The notes under the pieces were generated by a model. That model saw nothing but the letters and a program-made list of their open reading frames with translations. It made no database searches and was not told the origin of the DNA. DNA of 64,000 nucleotides, taken from UHGV virus genome UHGV-0312576; one strand, given 5' to 3'. A program made the position numbers and the translations under genes. Positions 1-9,262 of this stretch are shown in pieces (the stretch's first letter is position 1; each line of letters starts with the position of its first letter). Source of the stretch: a virus.

Positions 1-14
1 AAGGTGTATCACTC

Positions 15-548
15 ATGGACTATGATGAACTGTATGATGTCGCGTCTGATACATTGCTGGAAAGTCTCGGAACCTATGATGAATCAAAGGGGAGTCAGTT
101 TAGTACATATTTGAAAGGCAATATCAACCGTGCCTTCTATGATTGGACAAGAGATAATCGTAGATTTAAGCGCTGTAATTTAACAGAGGAAAGAGATGAA
201 AACGGAAACCTTGCAAAAGACAAGAATGGAAAGCAAAAATATGTAGTTATTGCAGACATTTCTATTGATGCTCCGATTGGAGATGATAGTGAGTCAACGC
301 TTGCTGATATGCTTCCATCAGGTTTTGATTTAGAAGCAGAGTTGGCTGAAGAAATTGGTATTTCGTCTGGAAGTAAGATGGAAAAATACCTTGAAAAGCT
401 GTCCAAAAAGCAGAGGCAAGTTGTTGGTTATTTATCTGAAGGATATAAACCATCAGAGATAAAAGAATTGCTACATATTTCAGAGAAAGAATATTCGGAT
501 TGCATGATGGCAATCCGAGCTTATAAAAACATAAAAATATTGTTATAG
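15..548 (+). CDS. Sigma-70 family RNA polymerase sigma factor, phage-encoded, possibly 5'-partial. Region 2 (FSTYLKGNINRAFYDW) and region 4 HTH (KKQRQVVGYLSEGYKPSEIKELLHISEKEYSDCMMAIRA) are present.
   Basis: Region 2.2/2.3-like and region 4-like motifs in the translation. The reading frame is open to position 1, so region 2.1 may lie upstream of the window. An AAGGTG at 1-6 could instead serve ATG 15. Confidence 0.6.
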   Translation: MDYDELYDVASDTLLESLGTYDESKGSQFSTYLKGNINRAFYDWTRDNRRFKRCNLTEERDENGNLAKDKNGKQKYVVIADISIDAPIGDDSESTLADMLPSGFDLEAELAEEIGISSGSKMEKYLEKLSKKQRQVVGYLSEGYKPSEIKELLHISEKEYSDCMMAIRAYKNIKILL

Positions 549-568
549 ATTATTGGGAGGATTTATAC

Positions 569-1978
569 ATGGTAGAACCTATTAGGGAGCACACTTATTC
601 ACTTTCTGCGTATTTAGACGCTACCAAGGAGGAAGATATTCGGGAAGACCAGGATGTCCAACGGCTATCGGGACAGTGGGATACAAGTATGATTAATGAG
701 TTGGTCTATACGGTTCTTACCAGGGACTACATTCTTCCAATTATTATCGGAGAAGAGGATTTGGAAGGTGGGATGACTCAGTTATGGCTGGTAGATGGTG
801 TACAGAGGACATCTAGTTTCATTTTATTCCGCTTTGGAAATCACAAAATCACCTCTTCAATATCGGAAGCTCACAAGACTGTAGACTATCAGGTAAGAGC
901 TATAGATGAAGATGGGGAATTTATTAAGGATGAAGATGGGAATTTTGTATATGAAACTAGAACATGTAATTTAGTAGGAAAAACTTTTGATACACTTCCA
1001 AAGGAGCTTCAGAAGGAATTTGATAGATTTCAGATAAAGACAGTCATTCATCAGCATTGCACAATGGAGAAGATATCAGAATTAGTGCGTCGCTATAATA
1101 ACCATAAGGCAATGAATGCTGCGCAAACAGCATTTACATATGTTGACAAATTTGCGAGACGGATTAGAAATATTACAGAGCATAAATTTTTTACAGAGTG
1201 TGATGGATTTTCTGAAAAGGAAAAGAGAAGTGGTGTATATGAACGTGTTGTATGCGAAACAACTATGACTATGTTTCATTTAGATGATTGGCAGAAGCAA
1301 AGTAAAAAGATGGGAATGTATTTAAATGAACATGCCACTGACAATGAGTTTGATATAGTGAATAGGACTTTGGATAAAGCATTTGATATGGGGCTTGCGT
1401 CATATGATCAGATTTTTACTGCAAAAGATGCGTTTATCTGGTTTGCATTATTTCAAAAATTCAACAATATTGAACCTAGTAGCGATAAATTCACAACATT
1501 TCTCGATGCCTTCGTAAATGAGTTACACAGTAAAGTAGTAGATGGTGTATCATTTGATGAAATTAATACCAACAGAGCCACTAAGGATAAGGCGGTAATC
1601 AAAAGAAAACTGGTATTACTTGAAAAGTTGATGAGGGATTTCTTACATATTGAAGAAGTAGCATCAGAACAGTTTATAGCTGAAAATGTTGGACTGAACA
1701 TCGAATCAGTTAGAAATGATATGGACTTTTATAACCAGATGCTTGACGACCTGGAGGATAGAACAATTAAAGATGGCTCAAAACTTTTGAATCCGGATAA
1801 CAGATTATCATTGCTGACGCTTGTGGCTTATACAATTGAAAATGATATTGATTTAGATGATTGGATGTTAGAGTATGCAAAGAATAATGATACATATTTT
1901 ATGGATCAGAAAAAGAATTATTTACATATGAGACAGGAACTGGAGAAGTTTCTAAATAAGAAGGTGGTAGCTGCATGA
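569..1978 (+). CDS. DUF262 (ParB-like / GmrSD N-terminal domain) protein, 469 aa, with no DUF1524/HNH half.
   Basis: DGxQR motif (LWLVDGVQRTSSF) and the FDTLPKELQKEFDRF segment typical of DUF262. RBS GGGAGG upstream. Confidence 0.55.
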   Translation: MVEPIREHTYSLSAYLDATKEEDIREDQDVQRLSGQWDTSMINELVYTVLTRDYILPIIIGEEDLEGGMTQLWLVDGVQRTSSFILFRFGNHKITSSISEAHKTVDYQVRAIDEDGEFIKDEDGNFVYETRTCNLVGKTFDTLPKELQKEFDRFQIKTVIHQHCTMEKISELVRRYNNHKAMNAAQTAFTYVDKFARRIRNITEHKFFTECDGFSEKEKRSGVYERVVCETTMTMFHLDDWQKQSKKMGMYLNEHATDNEFDIVNRTLDKAFDMGLASYDQIFTAKDAFIWFALFQKFNNIEPSSDKFTTFLDAFVNELHSKVVDGVSFDEINTNRATKDKAVIKRKLVLLEKLMRDFLHIEEVASEQFIAENVGLNIESVRNDMDFYNQMLDDLEDRTIKDGSKLLNPDNRLSLLTLVAYTIENDIDLDDWMLEYAKNNDTYFMDQKKNYLHMRQELEKFLNKKVVAA

Positions 1979-2133
1979 TTCATGATGATATTCGCTGCGA
2001 ATGGTGTCGCAGTGGCTACTGTGAATGTTATGGTGATGCTGAAGAACAGGAACAGAGGGAGACAAATTGGCCGTGCATTGGCACAGAAGATGAGATGATT
2101 GCATGTGGACAGTTAGAACAGGAGGCATTGTAA
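1975..2133 (+). CDS. Small Cys-rich protein (52 aa); zinc-ribbon-like hypothetical.
   Basis: ATGA overlap with the upstream gene. CxxC...CxC...C pattern. Confidence 0.4.
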   Translation: MIHDDIRCEWCRSGYCECYGDAEEQEQRETNWPCIGTEDEMIACGQLEQEAL

Positions 2134-2339
2134 TGAAATTGTATATGGCAGTAACACCAGATAGATATGAGTTGCCTTTGGCTCCTCCTGATACCGCTAA
2201 AAATTTGGCTGAACTATTTGGTACTACTCCTAATAACATATGGGCACAGGTCAGCCATCAAAAATCAAGAGGAGAACGTAAAAGAGTTAATTATCACAAT
2301 GATATTGGTGTACGATTTGTTTTGGTTGGAAATATTTGA
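2133..2339 (+). CDS. Hypothetical protein (68 aa).
   Basis: TAATG overlap with the upstream ORF. RBS GGAGG at 2121-2125. Confidence 0.4.
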   Translation: MKLYMAVTPDRYELPLAPPDTAKNLAELFGTTPNNIWAQVSHQKSRGERKRVNYHNDIGVRFVLVGNI

Positions 2340-2371
2340 TTAGAATGGGCAATGTGGTAATAAAACAAATC

Positions 2372-2401
2372 TCCCCTTAAGGCTGAAATACCTAAAGGGG
2401 A
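2372..2401 (-). terminator. Hairpin (TCCCCTTAAGG / CCTAAAGGGGA) between convergent genes. Followed by a T-run on the minus strand.
   Basis: Inverted repeat read directly. A-run 2401-2406 on the + strand. T-rich minus-strand sequence downstream of the minus gene. Confidence 0.45.
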
Positions 2402-2410
2402 AAAAATTAG

Positions 2411-2755
2411 TTATGATGGGCGATACGGAAATCCATTCGCTGAATATGGTGTACCCTGCCAAGTAAATGCGATATTTGGTTGCCAAGCAGGAGGAACAGC
2501 AGCGAGAGCTGCGGTAACAGCTGCATTACCAGCAGTCTCATAAAAATTTTTCTTCTCATCACTATCTCCATCGGAATAATTTGTATCATGATGAGGACTA
2601 GGATATAAGGGATATTCATACGATGCTACAATCGGACTGCCGGCTGGTGGGGTGATATAAAATCCACGATTTCCGGGGCCATGATGTTTTTTACCTCCAC
2701 CATACTGTATTTCTTTTACTGAGTAACCTGCCGTAGTAGTTGTTATAATTGGCAT
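2411..2755 (-). CDS. Hypothetical Tyr/Pro/Gly-rich protein (114 aa) on the minus strand.
   Basis: Strong RBS AAAGGAGGTTATTAT before the ATG (reverse complement of 2756-2775). Antiparallel to the surrounding phage genes. Confidence 0.5.
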   Translation of the reverse strand: MPIITTTTAGYSVKEIQYGGGKKHHGPGNRGFYITPPAGSPIVASYEYPLYPSPHHDTNYSDGDSDEKKNFYETAGNAAVTAALAAVPPAWQPNIAFTWQGTPYSANGFPYRPS

Positions 2756-2881
2756 ATAATAACCTCCTTTTTATTTGATAGACAAATTATAACACCTTAA
2801 AATAGCAAGATACACAAACTGTCATATATAGCATCAATAATGGCATGGATGGTTAAACAACTAGCAATCAAGGAGAATAAG

Positions 2882-3010
2882 ATGGCGAAAGTAAAGATCA
2901 ATATAGAGCAAGGTATAATCTATGAGTGCCCGGCCTGTGGGAATAATGTTGAACTTGGACAGTATTATTGCCAGGACTGCGGTGAGCCGCTGGAGTGGGT
3001 GGAAGAGTAA
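2882..3010 (+). CDS. Tiny zinc-ribbon protein (42 aa; CPACG...CQDCG).
   Basis: RBS AAGGAGAATAAG then ATG. Two CxxC pairs. Confidence 0.45.
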   Translation: MAKVKINIEQGIIYECPACGNNVELGQYYCQDCGEPLEWVEE

Positions 3011-3055
3011 CTAATAACTGAACTTTAGTATAATTCAAAAATGGAGGCACTGCAT

Positions 3056-3196
3056 ATGGAAGAGTTAGAAAAAGCACTGGAGGGTATCGACTTAACTGAA
3101 GAGGAAAGACAGTTAATTGAATGGATATCAGGATGGGATCACTCTACTGTAACGCGATTTATTAAAATTATTAGAAAGTGTCGAAATCAGAAATGA
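3056..3196 (+). CDS. Small hypothetical protein (46 aa).
   Basis: RBS ATGGAGG upstream. Compact tiling with its neighbours. Confidence 0.35.
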   Translation: MEELEKALEGIDLTEEERQLIEWISGWDHSTVTRFIKIIRKCRNQK

Positions 3197-3288
3197 TGAA
3201 ACAGAAATGGCCTGGTCGTATGGACCGGTGCCAGAAGAGTGATTGTAAAAAGTGTCATTGCTATTATTAAAACTTTGGAGGATAAAAA

Positions 3289-3468
3289 ATGAAGTGTAAT
3301 TATTGCAAAGTCGAGATGAGGCGCGCAGCATATACTGACAACACTATTTATTCCACATCAGAAATCTATGATGTTTCCGAAGGAACTGATGTTGGAAAAC
3401 GAAGATATGTAGGGAAAATATATTATTGTCCCCATTGCGGCAACCTACAAGTGAATCTGTTAGATTAG
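3289..3468 (+). CDS. Small zinc-ribbon protein (59 aa; CNYCK...CPHCG).
   Basis: RBS TTGGAGGATAAAAA then ATG. Two CxxC pairs. Confidence 0.45.
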   Translation: MKCNYCKVEMRRAAYTDNTIYSTSEIYDVSEGTDVGKRRYVGKIYYCPHCGNLQVNLLD

Positions 3469-3471
3469 GAT

Positions 3472-3666
3472 TTGGAGGAATACATGAAAGCGAAAGAATT
3501 GGCAGAAAAGTTGTTGGAGAATCCAGAATTTGAGGTTAAGGCAATCCATTTATATCCGAGCATAGGTTGGGGATTGACCATGGAAAAATATAGTGTTAAT
3601 GGTCTTGCTGACGTAGGATACAGTGATGGTGTGGCTGTTTTGGATTTAGAACGAGAAGAAGATTAG
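3472..3666 (+). CDS. Hypothetical protein (64 aa).
   Basis: RBS TTGGAGGAATAC then ATG. Confidence 0.4.
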   Translation: MEEYMKAKELAEKLLENPEFEVKAIHLYPSIGWGLTMEKYSVNGLADVGYSDGVAVLDLEREED

Positions 3667-3692
3667 TAGCATTTAGGAAGGAGGAGACTAAA

Positions 3693-3821
3693 ATGTTTAT
3701 AGTAACTACAGAGATGGGAACAAGAGACGAGTGCTCAACAATTAACGAAGCCATAGAGGAAGCAAAAAGAATAGAGGCTAGTATACTACATCCGATAGCT
3801 TTTATTCATGAAGAAAATTAA
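3693..3821 (+). CDS. Small hypothetical protein (42 aa).
   Basis: RBS AGGAAGGAGGAG then ATG. Confidence 0.4.
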   Translation: MFIVTTEMGTRDECSTINEAIEEAKRIEASILHPIAFIHEEN

Positions 3822-3848
3822 GGTTTTAAGAAAAAAAGAGGTGAAGAT

Positions 3849-4025
3849 ATGCCAGACAATACACAGAGGATTGATGATTGTGAGTGCATCTATTGCCATC
3901 ACGTTTTTGATGGTAAGCAGGCTTGCAACTCAAATATGGACGCTGGTGTCGTGGAGTGTCCAAAGTGTGGCAGGGAAATGGGCGTGAGTTTATCTATTGA
4001 GTATTTGTGTTATTCAGTAGATTAG
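3849..4025 (+). CDS. Small zinc-ribbon protein (58 aa; CECIYCHH...CPKCG).
   Basis: RBS AGAGGTGAAGAT then ATG. Confidence 0.4.
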   Translation: MPDNTQRIDDCECIYCHHVFDGKQACNSNMDAGVVECPKCGREMGVSLSIEYLCYSVD

Positions 4026-4051
4026 GATATTCCGTAGAAAGCAGGTGAATT

Positions 4052-4378
4052 ATGTACGGAAATGAAGGCGAAAAATGGGTAATGATAACCGAGTTATCTA
4101 TAAATGGATTAATGATTAATGAGGTCGGTACAGAATTTGAGATTGCCCCATATTACTCTGTACCACATGGGTATACATCCATCAAGTATGAGGGCATACT
4201 GCTTTTCATCCCAGATGATATATTTAACGAGCATTTTGTAAAGCTGGAGAAATATAAACAATATTATCAACTGGGAGATGTTATTAAAATTAATGACAAT
4301 GGAAATCTGAGTGAGTATATTATCGAGGATATAACCGGTGATGGGCATTATGTGACGTTACATCTTGAACATAATTAA
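4052..4378 (+). CDS. Hypothetical protein (108 aa).
   Basis: ORF with an AGGTG RBS. Confidence 0.4.
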   Translation: MYGNEGEKWVMITELSINGLMINEVGTEFEIAPYYSVPHGYTSIKYEGILLFIPDDIFNEHFVKLEKYKQYYQLGDVIKINDNGNLSEYIIEDITGDGHYVTLHLEHN

Positions 4379-4399
4379 AACTTGCTAATAAATGTCAAG

Positions 4400-5900
4400 C
4401 AATTTTTGAAAAAAATTGGATCGTAAAAAAGGGTAACTTTAATAAACACCACAGTAGGTGATAAAAAAGAAGTGTAGGTTATTTATAAAGCTCCATCACT
4501 CTTGCATAGTAAATTCTCAAAAACTTATTAACACCAGCCATTTTGGCTACAGTCTTGTGCTTACCTTCAGATTCTTTCTTGATGATGAACTGGTAAACAG
4601 GGTCATTCTCGGGCTTATGTACCTTGAGTGAGTGCATGACCTCATAGCAGGCTTTACGCAAGTAGGCTGAGCCACGTTTTGATATATGCCGATTGGTCCC
4701 TTCGAATTGCCCAGACTGATAAGGAGGTGCATCATTACCGGCGTAAGCATTAAGTGCTTTAGCACTGGTAAACCTCCGTACATCTCCAATCTCGGCAATC
4801 AGGATAGGGGCCAGGCGGTCTCCAACGCCATACATGGAACGGACAATGGAATACTCTGGCATTGTATAAGCGATAGACTGCATTTGTCGCAGTATCAAAT
4901 CGGCTGAGGAGCTGGCTTGCTTTAACATTAACAGGCACTGAGATAACGCAAGAGAAGTGGTAACATCGGGGCTGCGGGTGATAATGCCATCAGAGGCGGC
5001 TTGATAAATCGCAAGAGCTTTCTTTTGAGAACCCCTACATCGGTGTTTTTGGGCAAAAGCGATGTAACTATTTACAAACCGTTTTTCACCCATCTGAGAG
5101 ATTTTTTCATAGCTCTGGTATTTTTCTACGAAGTCGAAGAAAAGCGTGTTTTCCAGGTATCTGGATGAGATAGGAATGATATTTTGAATACCAGGCATGA
5201 TATCATCTAACAGATTGGAGAGTTGGACTCTGGCTTTGACTTTCATAGAAACGCTTTGACTGTATTGTCTGGACAGAAATTTTAGGTCCTCATACTTTTG
5301 GTCGGTAGGGCTGTAAGGCCTTAACTGATATGACTTTTCTAACACAAAATGTGCAATGCGGACAGCATCCTTTTTATCAGTCTTTCCTTTTCTGATACTG
5401 TTGTCCATAAACTTTTTAACCAGGAATGGATTAATCACGAATACGGTGAATCCTGCTTCAAGCAGAGCTTTAAGAATGGGATAGTGGTAATGTCCAGTTG
5501 ATTCCAAAGCGACTTTAGTCTCTTCTTGGTATGAATGAATTAAGGCTGTGAGTTGAGTAATATCGCTGATAGTATGTGAAAAGTCATGTGGCTTTGACAG
5601 AACAGTCCCATCAGAGCGAATAATTGCGACAGTGCTTTTGGATTTAGATACATCAATACCTACAGCTAACATACGGGGTTCCTCCTTTGTGAATTAGTAT
5701 GATTGGGTCCAGCACTCAGTTATCAATTCATTTTCGTTAGTTACCCGGAAGCGAATCCCAACTTGCTTAATCGAATTAGTGATAATGAGTGATGGTTAAC
5801 ACTTTTAATTTCGGGAGCTATGTCCCACATTTAGGCCGTTAACCAATCAGACTCATCATAACAAAAAAAATAAGAATAGGGGTTCTTTCCCTACTCTTAT
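4400..5900 (-). mobile_element. IS110-family insertion sequence (approximate extent). No terminal inverted repeats, as expected for IS110.
   Basis: Holds the DEDD-type transposase plus a roughly 200-bp 5' leader. Boundaries estimated, not defined. Confidence 0.5.
4479..5672 (-). CDS. IS110-family transposase (397 aa).
   Basis: N-terminus MLAVGIDVSKSKSTVAII (DEDD RuvC-like). The C-terminal KFLRIYYARV ending is typical of IS110/IS1111 transposases. Confidence 0.85.
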   Translation of the reverse strand: MLAVGIDVSKSKSTVAIIRSDGTVLSKPHDFSHTISDITQLTALIHSYQEETKVALESTGHYHYPILKALLEAGFTVFVINPFLVKKFMDNSIRKGKTDKKDAVRIAHFVLEKSYQLRPYSPTDQKYEDLKFLSRQYSQSVSMKVKARVQLSNLLDDIMPGIQNIIPISSRYLENTLFFDFVEKYQSYEKISQMGEKRFVNSYIAFAQKHRCRGSQKKALAIYQAASDGIITRSPDVTTSLALSQCLLMLKQASSSADLILRQMQSIAYTMPEYSIVRSMYGVGDRLAPILIAEIGDVRRFTSAKALNAYAGNDAPPYQSGQFEGTNRHISKRGSAYLRKACYEVMHSLKVHKPENDPVYQFIIKKESEGKHKTVAKMAGVNKFLRIYYARVMELYK

Positions 5901-5928
5901 ATAGTACGACAATTTAGGAGGTGTATGT

Positions 5929-6258
5929 ATGAATAATAGATATTTATACAAGGCAAAGAAGATATATAAAGAGGAGTGGGTTGAAGGGTTTTATGTATTA
6001 TGCAGAGGGCATCATTACATTCTTCCAGTATATGATCTTGATCACGGATTCGATGAGCGATATTCAGAATGGTTTGAGATAGAGCCATCTACTCTATGCC
6101 AGTGTACCGGAATGTGCGGTGATAAAAGCAGTGCATATATTCTCGATGGCAAGGAACTTAATGCAGACGAACTTATTATGGAATTAGCGGAGCGTGGAAA
6201 AATATTCTTAAATTTTGATAGGGATATATCAAAATTTGGTGTAGAGGTAACTCTTTAA
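5929..6258 (+). CDS. YopX-like phage protein (109 aa).
   Basis: YLYKAKKIYKEEWVEGFYV and TLCQCTGMCGDKSSAYILDG fit the YopX pattern (kfRaw.k...wv.G ; tvgqyTGlkDkngkeIyeGD). Confidence 0.5.
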   Translation: MNNRYLYKAKKIYKEEWVEGFYVLCRGHHYILPVYDLDHGFDERYSEWFEIEPSTLCQCTGMCGDKSSAYILDGKELNADELIMELAERGKIFLNFDRDISKFGVEVTL

Positions 6259-6522
6259 AATTACGAGATTTCCGGGAGAACCGGAGGAAGGAAAAGCGTA
6301 TGGGAATTGATTTGAGTAGATTTAAGGTAATCCACGGAGACAAGGTATTAAATGCAGTGGCGCTTATGGAGATAAGGATGCCAGAAGGAACGTGGGAAGA
6401 TAGAGAGACTATTATTACCTAAAACACTTGAAATTTTGGCTATTAATGAGGATGGGAACATTGTATCTATCATGGATGAGGCGTGGATGTTTCAGTTTCT
6501 TCCCATAGTCTCGAATTAGCAT

Positions 6523-6837
6523 TTGGCTGCCGACTGCCAAGTGTCGGAGAAAGCAGGAAATATGATTATAACAGGAATGAAACATTTTGAAAGTGTATGC
6601 AAAAGAAAACTTGTAGATTGGTATAACTGTGATGTGGAGACAAAAGGCACACGCATTGATTTGGATGATGTTTATATTGTATGGGCTTGCAAGACTTTAC
6701 AGAACTACAAGTGTTTAGCTTCAACTTCGGTTAGTGGAGACGGTATTTATGCTGAGTATACGTATAATGGGGACAAACAGGAATTATACGAAGATGTATA
6801 CAAAAAATTGACGAATACTTGCCATAGAGAAGAATAG
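6523..6837 (+). CDS. Hypothetical protein (104 aa; an alternative start at 6562 is possible).
   Basis: ORF only. Confidence 0.35.
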   Translation: MAADCQVSEKAGNMIITGMKHFESVCKRKLVDWYNCDVETKGTRIDLDDVYIVWACKTLQNYKCLASTSVSGDGIYAEYTYNGDKQELYEDVYKKLTNTCHREE

Positions 6838-6898
6838 TTAAACTGAAATTTCGGAAACGAATCAACCCGTGATTTCAAGGGAGATTGGAGTTTGAAAT

Positions 6899-7120
6899 AT
6901 GTTTAAAGTTATTTATAAAAAAAGTAAAGAGCATTATCGAAGTCTATTAATAAAGGCATCCGAGATGGGAATACCTGAGGATTATATAAGACATGCTTTA
7001 GAAATAGAAATATACGGAGTAAAAGATGATAAACATGGATATCCTACATTTTTGATTAGAAGTGATAATCGGTGGATTTGGAAAAGTGCAAAACATTTTA
7101 TTCCAGTAGAAGAGATATAG
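6899..7120 (+). CDS. Hypothetical protein (73 aa).
   Basis: RBS GGGAGATTGGAG upstream. Confidence 0.4.
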   Translation: MFKVIYKKSKEHYRSLLIKASEMGIPEDYIRHALEIEIYGVKDDKHGYPTFLIRSDNRWIWKSAKHFIPVEEI

Positions 7121-7168
7121 ACGGATGAAACTCACATTTAGTCTGGTACTCTGTGAAGGGAGAAAAGA

Positions 7169-7279
7169 ATGTTAGAGAAATTAATTGAATTATTGGGTGA
7201 AGACAATGTAAAGAAAATAGAGGATGGTATCACTGAGATTATCTTAGATCGAATTAGGGCAGATGAAGTATCCAATTAA
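7169..7279 (+). CDS. Small hypothetical protein (36 aa).
   Basis: RBS AAGGGAGAAAAGA then ATG. Confidence 0.3.
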   Translation: MLEKLIELLGEDNVKKIEDGITEIILDRIRADEVSN

Positions 7280-7370
7280 AGAGCGTGTGGCACGTATCGG
7301 AAATAGTGTAGTGCCGGTTATGGCTCAGGCATTAATCGAAGCTAATTGCCAAGAACTAATAGATGCATAA
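7263..7370 (+). pseudogene. Possible C-terminal remnant of a C5-cytosine DNA methyltransferase (ERVARIGNSVVPVMAQALIEA resembles motif X ...GNSV.VPv..ai...i).
   Basis: 35-aa ORF. The frame has a stop immediately upstream. Matches only the last conserved block of Dcm-type MTases. Confidence 0.3.
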
Positions 7371-7420
7371 TTCAATCAAAAGAGATTGAAATACAATTTT
7401 TATCCGTTAACACGGAGAAT

Positions 7421-7990
7421 ATGTTATTGGAGGTGATAATCATAGGACTAAATATAGGTTATTTAACATCAGACACAGAAGATAATGAGCTTTATACACC
7501 AGCATTCGCTGTAGATCCGATTATAAAATATCTTCCAAAAGATAAAATAATGTGGCTACCATTTGATGATGAGTGGTCGATGTTTTACCAGAGATTGACT
7601 GAGGAGGGTTTTAAAGTAATTAGAAGTTCATTATCTGAAGGAAAGGACTTTTTTGAATATGAGCCGGATACCTGGGACTTCATTGTAAGTAATCCACCGT
7701 TCAGCATCAAAGATAAAGTGTTAGAACGTCTATATTCATTCAACAAACCTTTTGCGGTACTTCTTCCGCTAAACTCCCTTCAAGGTAAAACAAGATACAA
7801 ATATTTTAGCCAGGGCATTCAGCTCCTCAGTTTTGATGCAAGAGTTTCTTATCATGACAGAGAACATATGGATAAGCCGGTTAAGGGGAGTCCATTCGCA
7901 ACGGCATACTTTTGTAGAGATGTACTACCAAGGGATTTGATTGTGGAGAAGTTGATTACGTATGATAGACCTTTGATAGAGAATAATTAA
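7421..7990 (+). CDS. Putative DNA N6-adenine methyltransferase (phage Dam-like). NPPF catalytic motif, but an atypical glycine-poor motif I.
   Basis: WDFIVSNPPFS motif. RBS ACGGAGAAT then ATG at 7421. The track ORF starts in-frame at 7346. Confidence 0.5.
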   Translation: MLLEVIIIGLNIGYLTSDTEDNELYTPAFAVDPIIKYLPKDKIMWLPFDDEWSMFYQRLTEEGFKVIRSSLSEGKDFFEYEPDTWDFIVSNPPFSIKDKVLERLYSFNKPFAVLLPLNSLQGKTRYKYFSQGIQLLSFDARVSYHDREHMDKPVKGSPFATAYFCRDVLPRDLIVEKLITYDRPLIENN

Positions 7991-8087
7991 CTGGACAGGA
8001 AATTTTCATTTCATGCCTTTTCAACACGAGATATAGATGAAAATAGAGGAAATTAACAAGATATAGTATAAAAAAACAGGAGGTAAT

Positions 8088-9257
8088 ATGGCAGAAAGAG
8101 CATTAGCACATATTGAAAAGGTGGAATGGGTAAATCCAATCGAAGGAGCTGATAATATCGAACTTATTGGTATATTAGGTTGGGTTTGTGTTGCAAAAAA
8201 GGAGGAGTTTAGGCCGGGAGATATTGCTGTTTACATTGAGATTGATAGTAAATGTCCGGAAAATGATGAGCGATTTGCTTTTTTGGCAGCTAAACACTAT
8301 AAAGTGAAAACTATGAAGTTAGGAAAATTCAAAGTAATCAGTCAGGGGCTTGCATTACCAATTACTTTATTCCCGGAGTTTGCTGGTAAGAAAATTGGCG
8401 ATGATGTAACCAATGAACTGAAAATTACATACTCTTCTCAGGAAGATATTAAGAGAAAATCAAATGGAGTTGATCCGGAAGCCAAGTATAAAGCAATGGC
8501 TAACAGGAAGCCTAATTTGTTTAAGAAGCCATTAGTACGGAAGATAATGAGGTACAAATTTGGACGTAAGTTAATGTTTTTGCTTTTTGGCAGAAAGAAA
8601 GATAATCCGAAGAAATTTCCTGATTGGATTGTGAAGACTGATGAAACAAGAATTGAGAATGCTCCGTTTTATTTAAATAGTACAGATAAATGGGTTAAAA
8701 CAGAGAAGTGTGATGGGACTAGCTGTACGTATGCTGTTGACAGATTAAAAAAAGGGAAAAATAAATTTGATTTTATTGTGTGTAGTAGAAATGTACGGCA
8801 AGCAGATAGAAACCAAGAAACTTATCACGACTCAAATATTTATTGGGAACTGGCAGATAAATATGGGATTGAAAAGATTCTTACTGATTTTGCAACAGAG
8901 AATAATTATAGCAGAGTGGTATTACAGGGAGAGGGAGTTGGTTCTGTTCAAGGAAATCCATATAAATTGAAGGAGAATGTACTATATGTATTTAATCTCA
9001 TTATTGATGGAGTGAGGGCTGGAACTGTGGAAATGTCTAACTTTTGCAAGGCACATAATTTAACAAGTGTTCCAATTATTGATACTGAATGTGTATTGCC
9101 GAAGACTATGGAAGAAATGAAGCTTGAGGCTGATGGATATAGTGAGTTAAATCCAAAGGTAAAGAGAGAAGGATTTGTATATAGGAGTGTTGATGGACAA
9201 CAGAGTTTTAAAAATGTTTCAAGAGAGTATTTGTTAAAACATAATGGTAAGGAGTAA
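8088..9257 (+). CDS. ATP-dependent RNA ligase (Rnl family) with an extra N-terminal domain of about 200 aa (Rnl5/DraRnl-like architecture).
   Basis: Nucleotidyltransferase motif I KCDGTS (KxDG). Motif IV/V-like LQGEGVG ... KLK. Sits next to a polynucleotide kinase gene. Confidence 0.6.
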   Translation: MAERALAHIEKVEWVNPIEGADNIELIGILGWVCVAKKEEFRPGDIAVYIEIDSKCPENDERFAFLAAKHYKVKTMKLGKFKVISQGLALPITLFPEFAGKKIGDDVTNELKITYSSQEDIKRKSNGVDPEAKYKAMANRKPNLFKKPLVRKIMRYKFGRKLMFLLFGRKKDNPKKFPDWIVKTDETRIENAPFYLNSTDKWVKTEKCDGTSCTYAVDRLKKGKNKFDFIVCSRNVRQADRNQETYHDSNIYWELADKYGIEKILTDFATENNYSRVVLQGEGVGSVQGNPYKLKENVLYVFNLIIDGVRAGTVEMSNFCKAHNLTSVPIIDTECVLPKTMEEMKLEADGYSELNPKVKREGFVYRSVDGQQSFKNVSREYLLKHNGKE

Positions 9258-9262
9258 ACGAG

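Noticed and set aside
137-513. Minus-strand ORFs 137-406 and 262-513 overlapping the sigma factor gene.
   Set aside because: They lie fully antisense within a well-supported + strand gene and have no RBS. Antisense long ORFs are common in AT-rich DNA.
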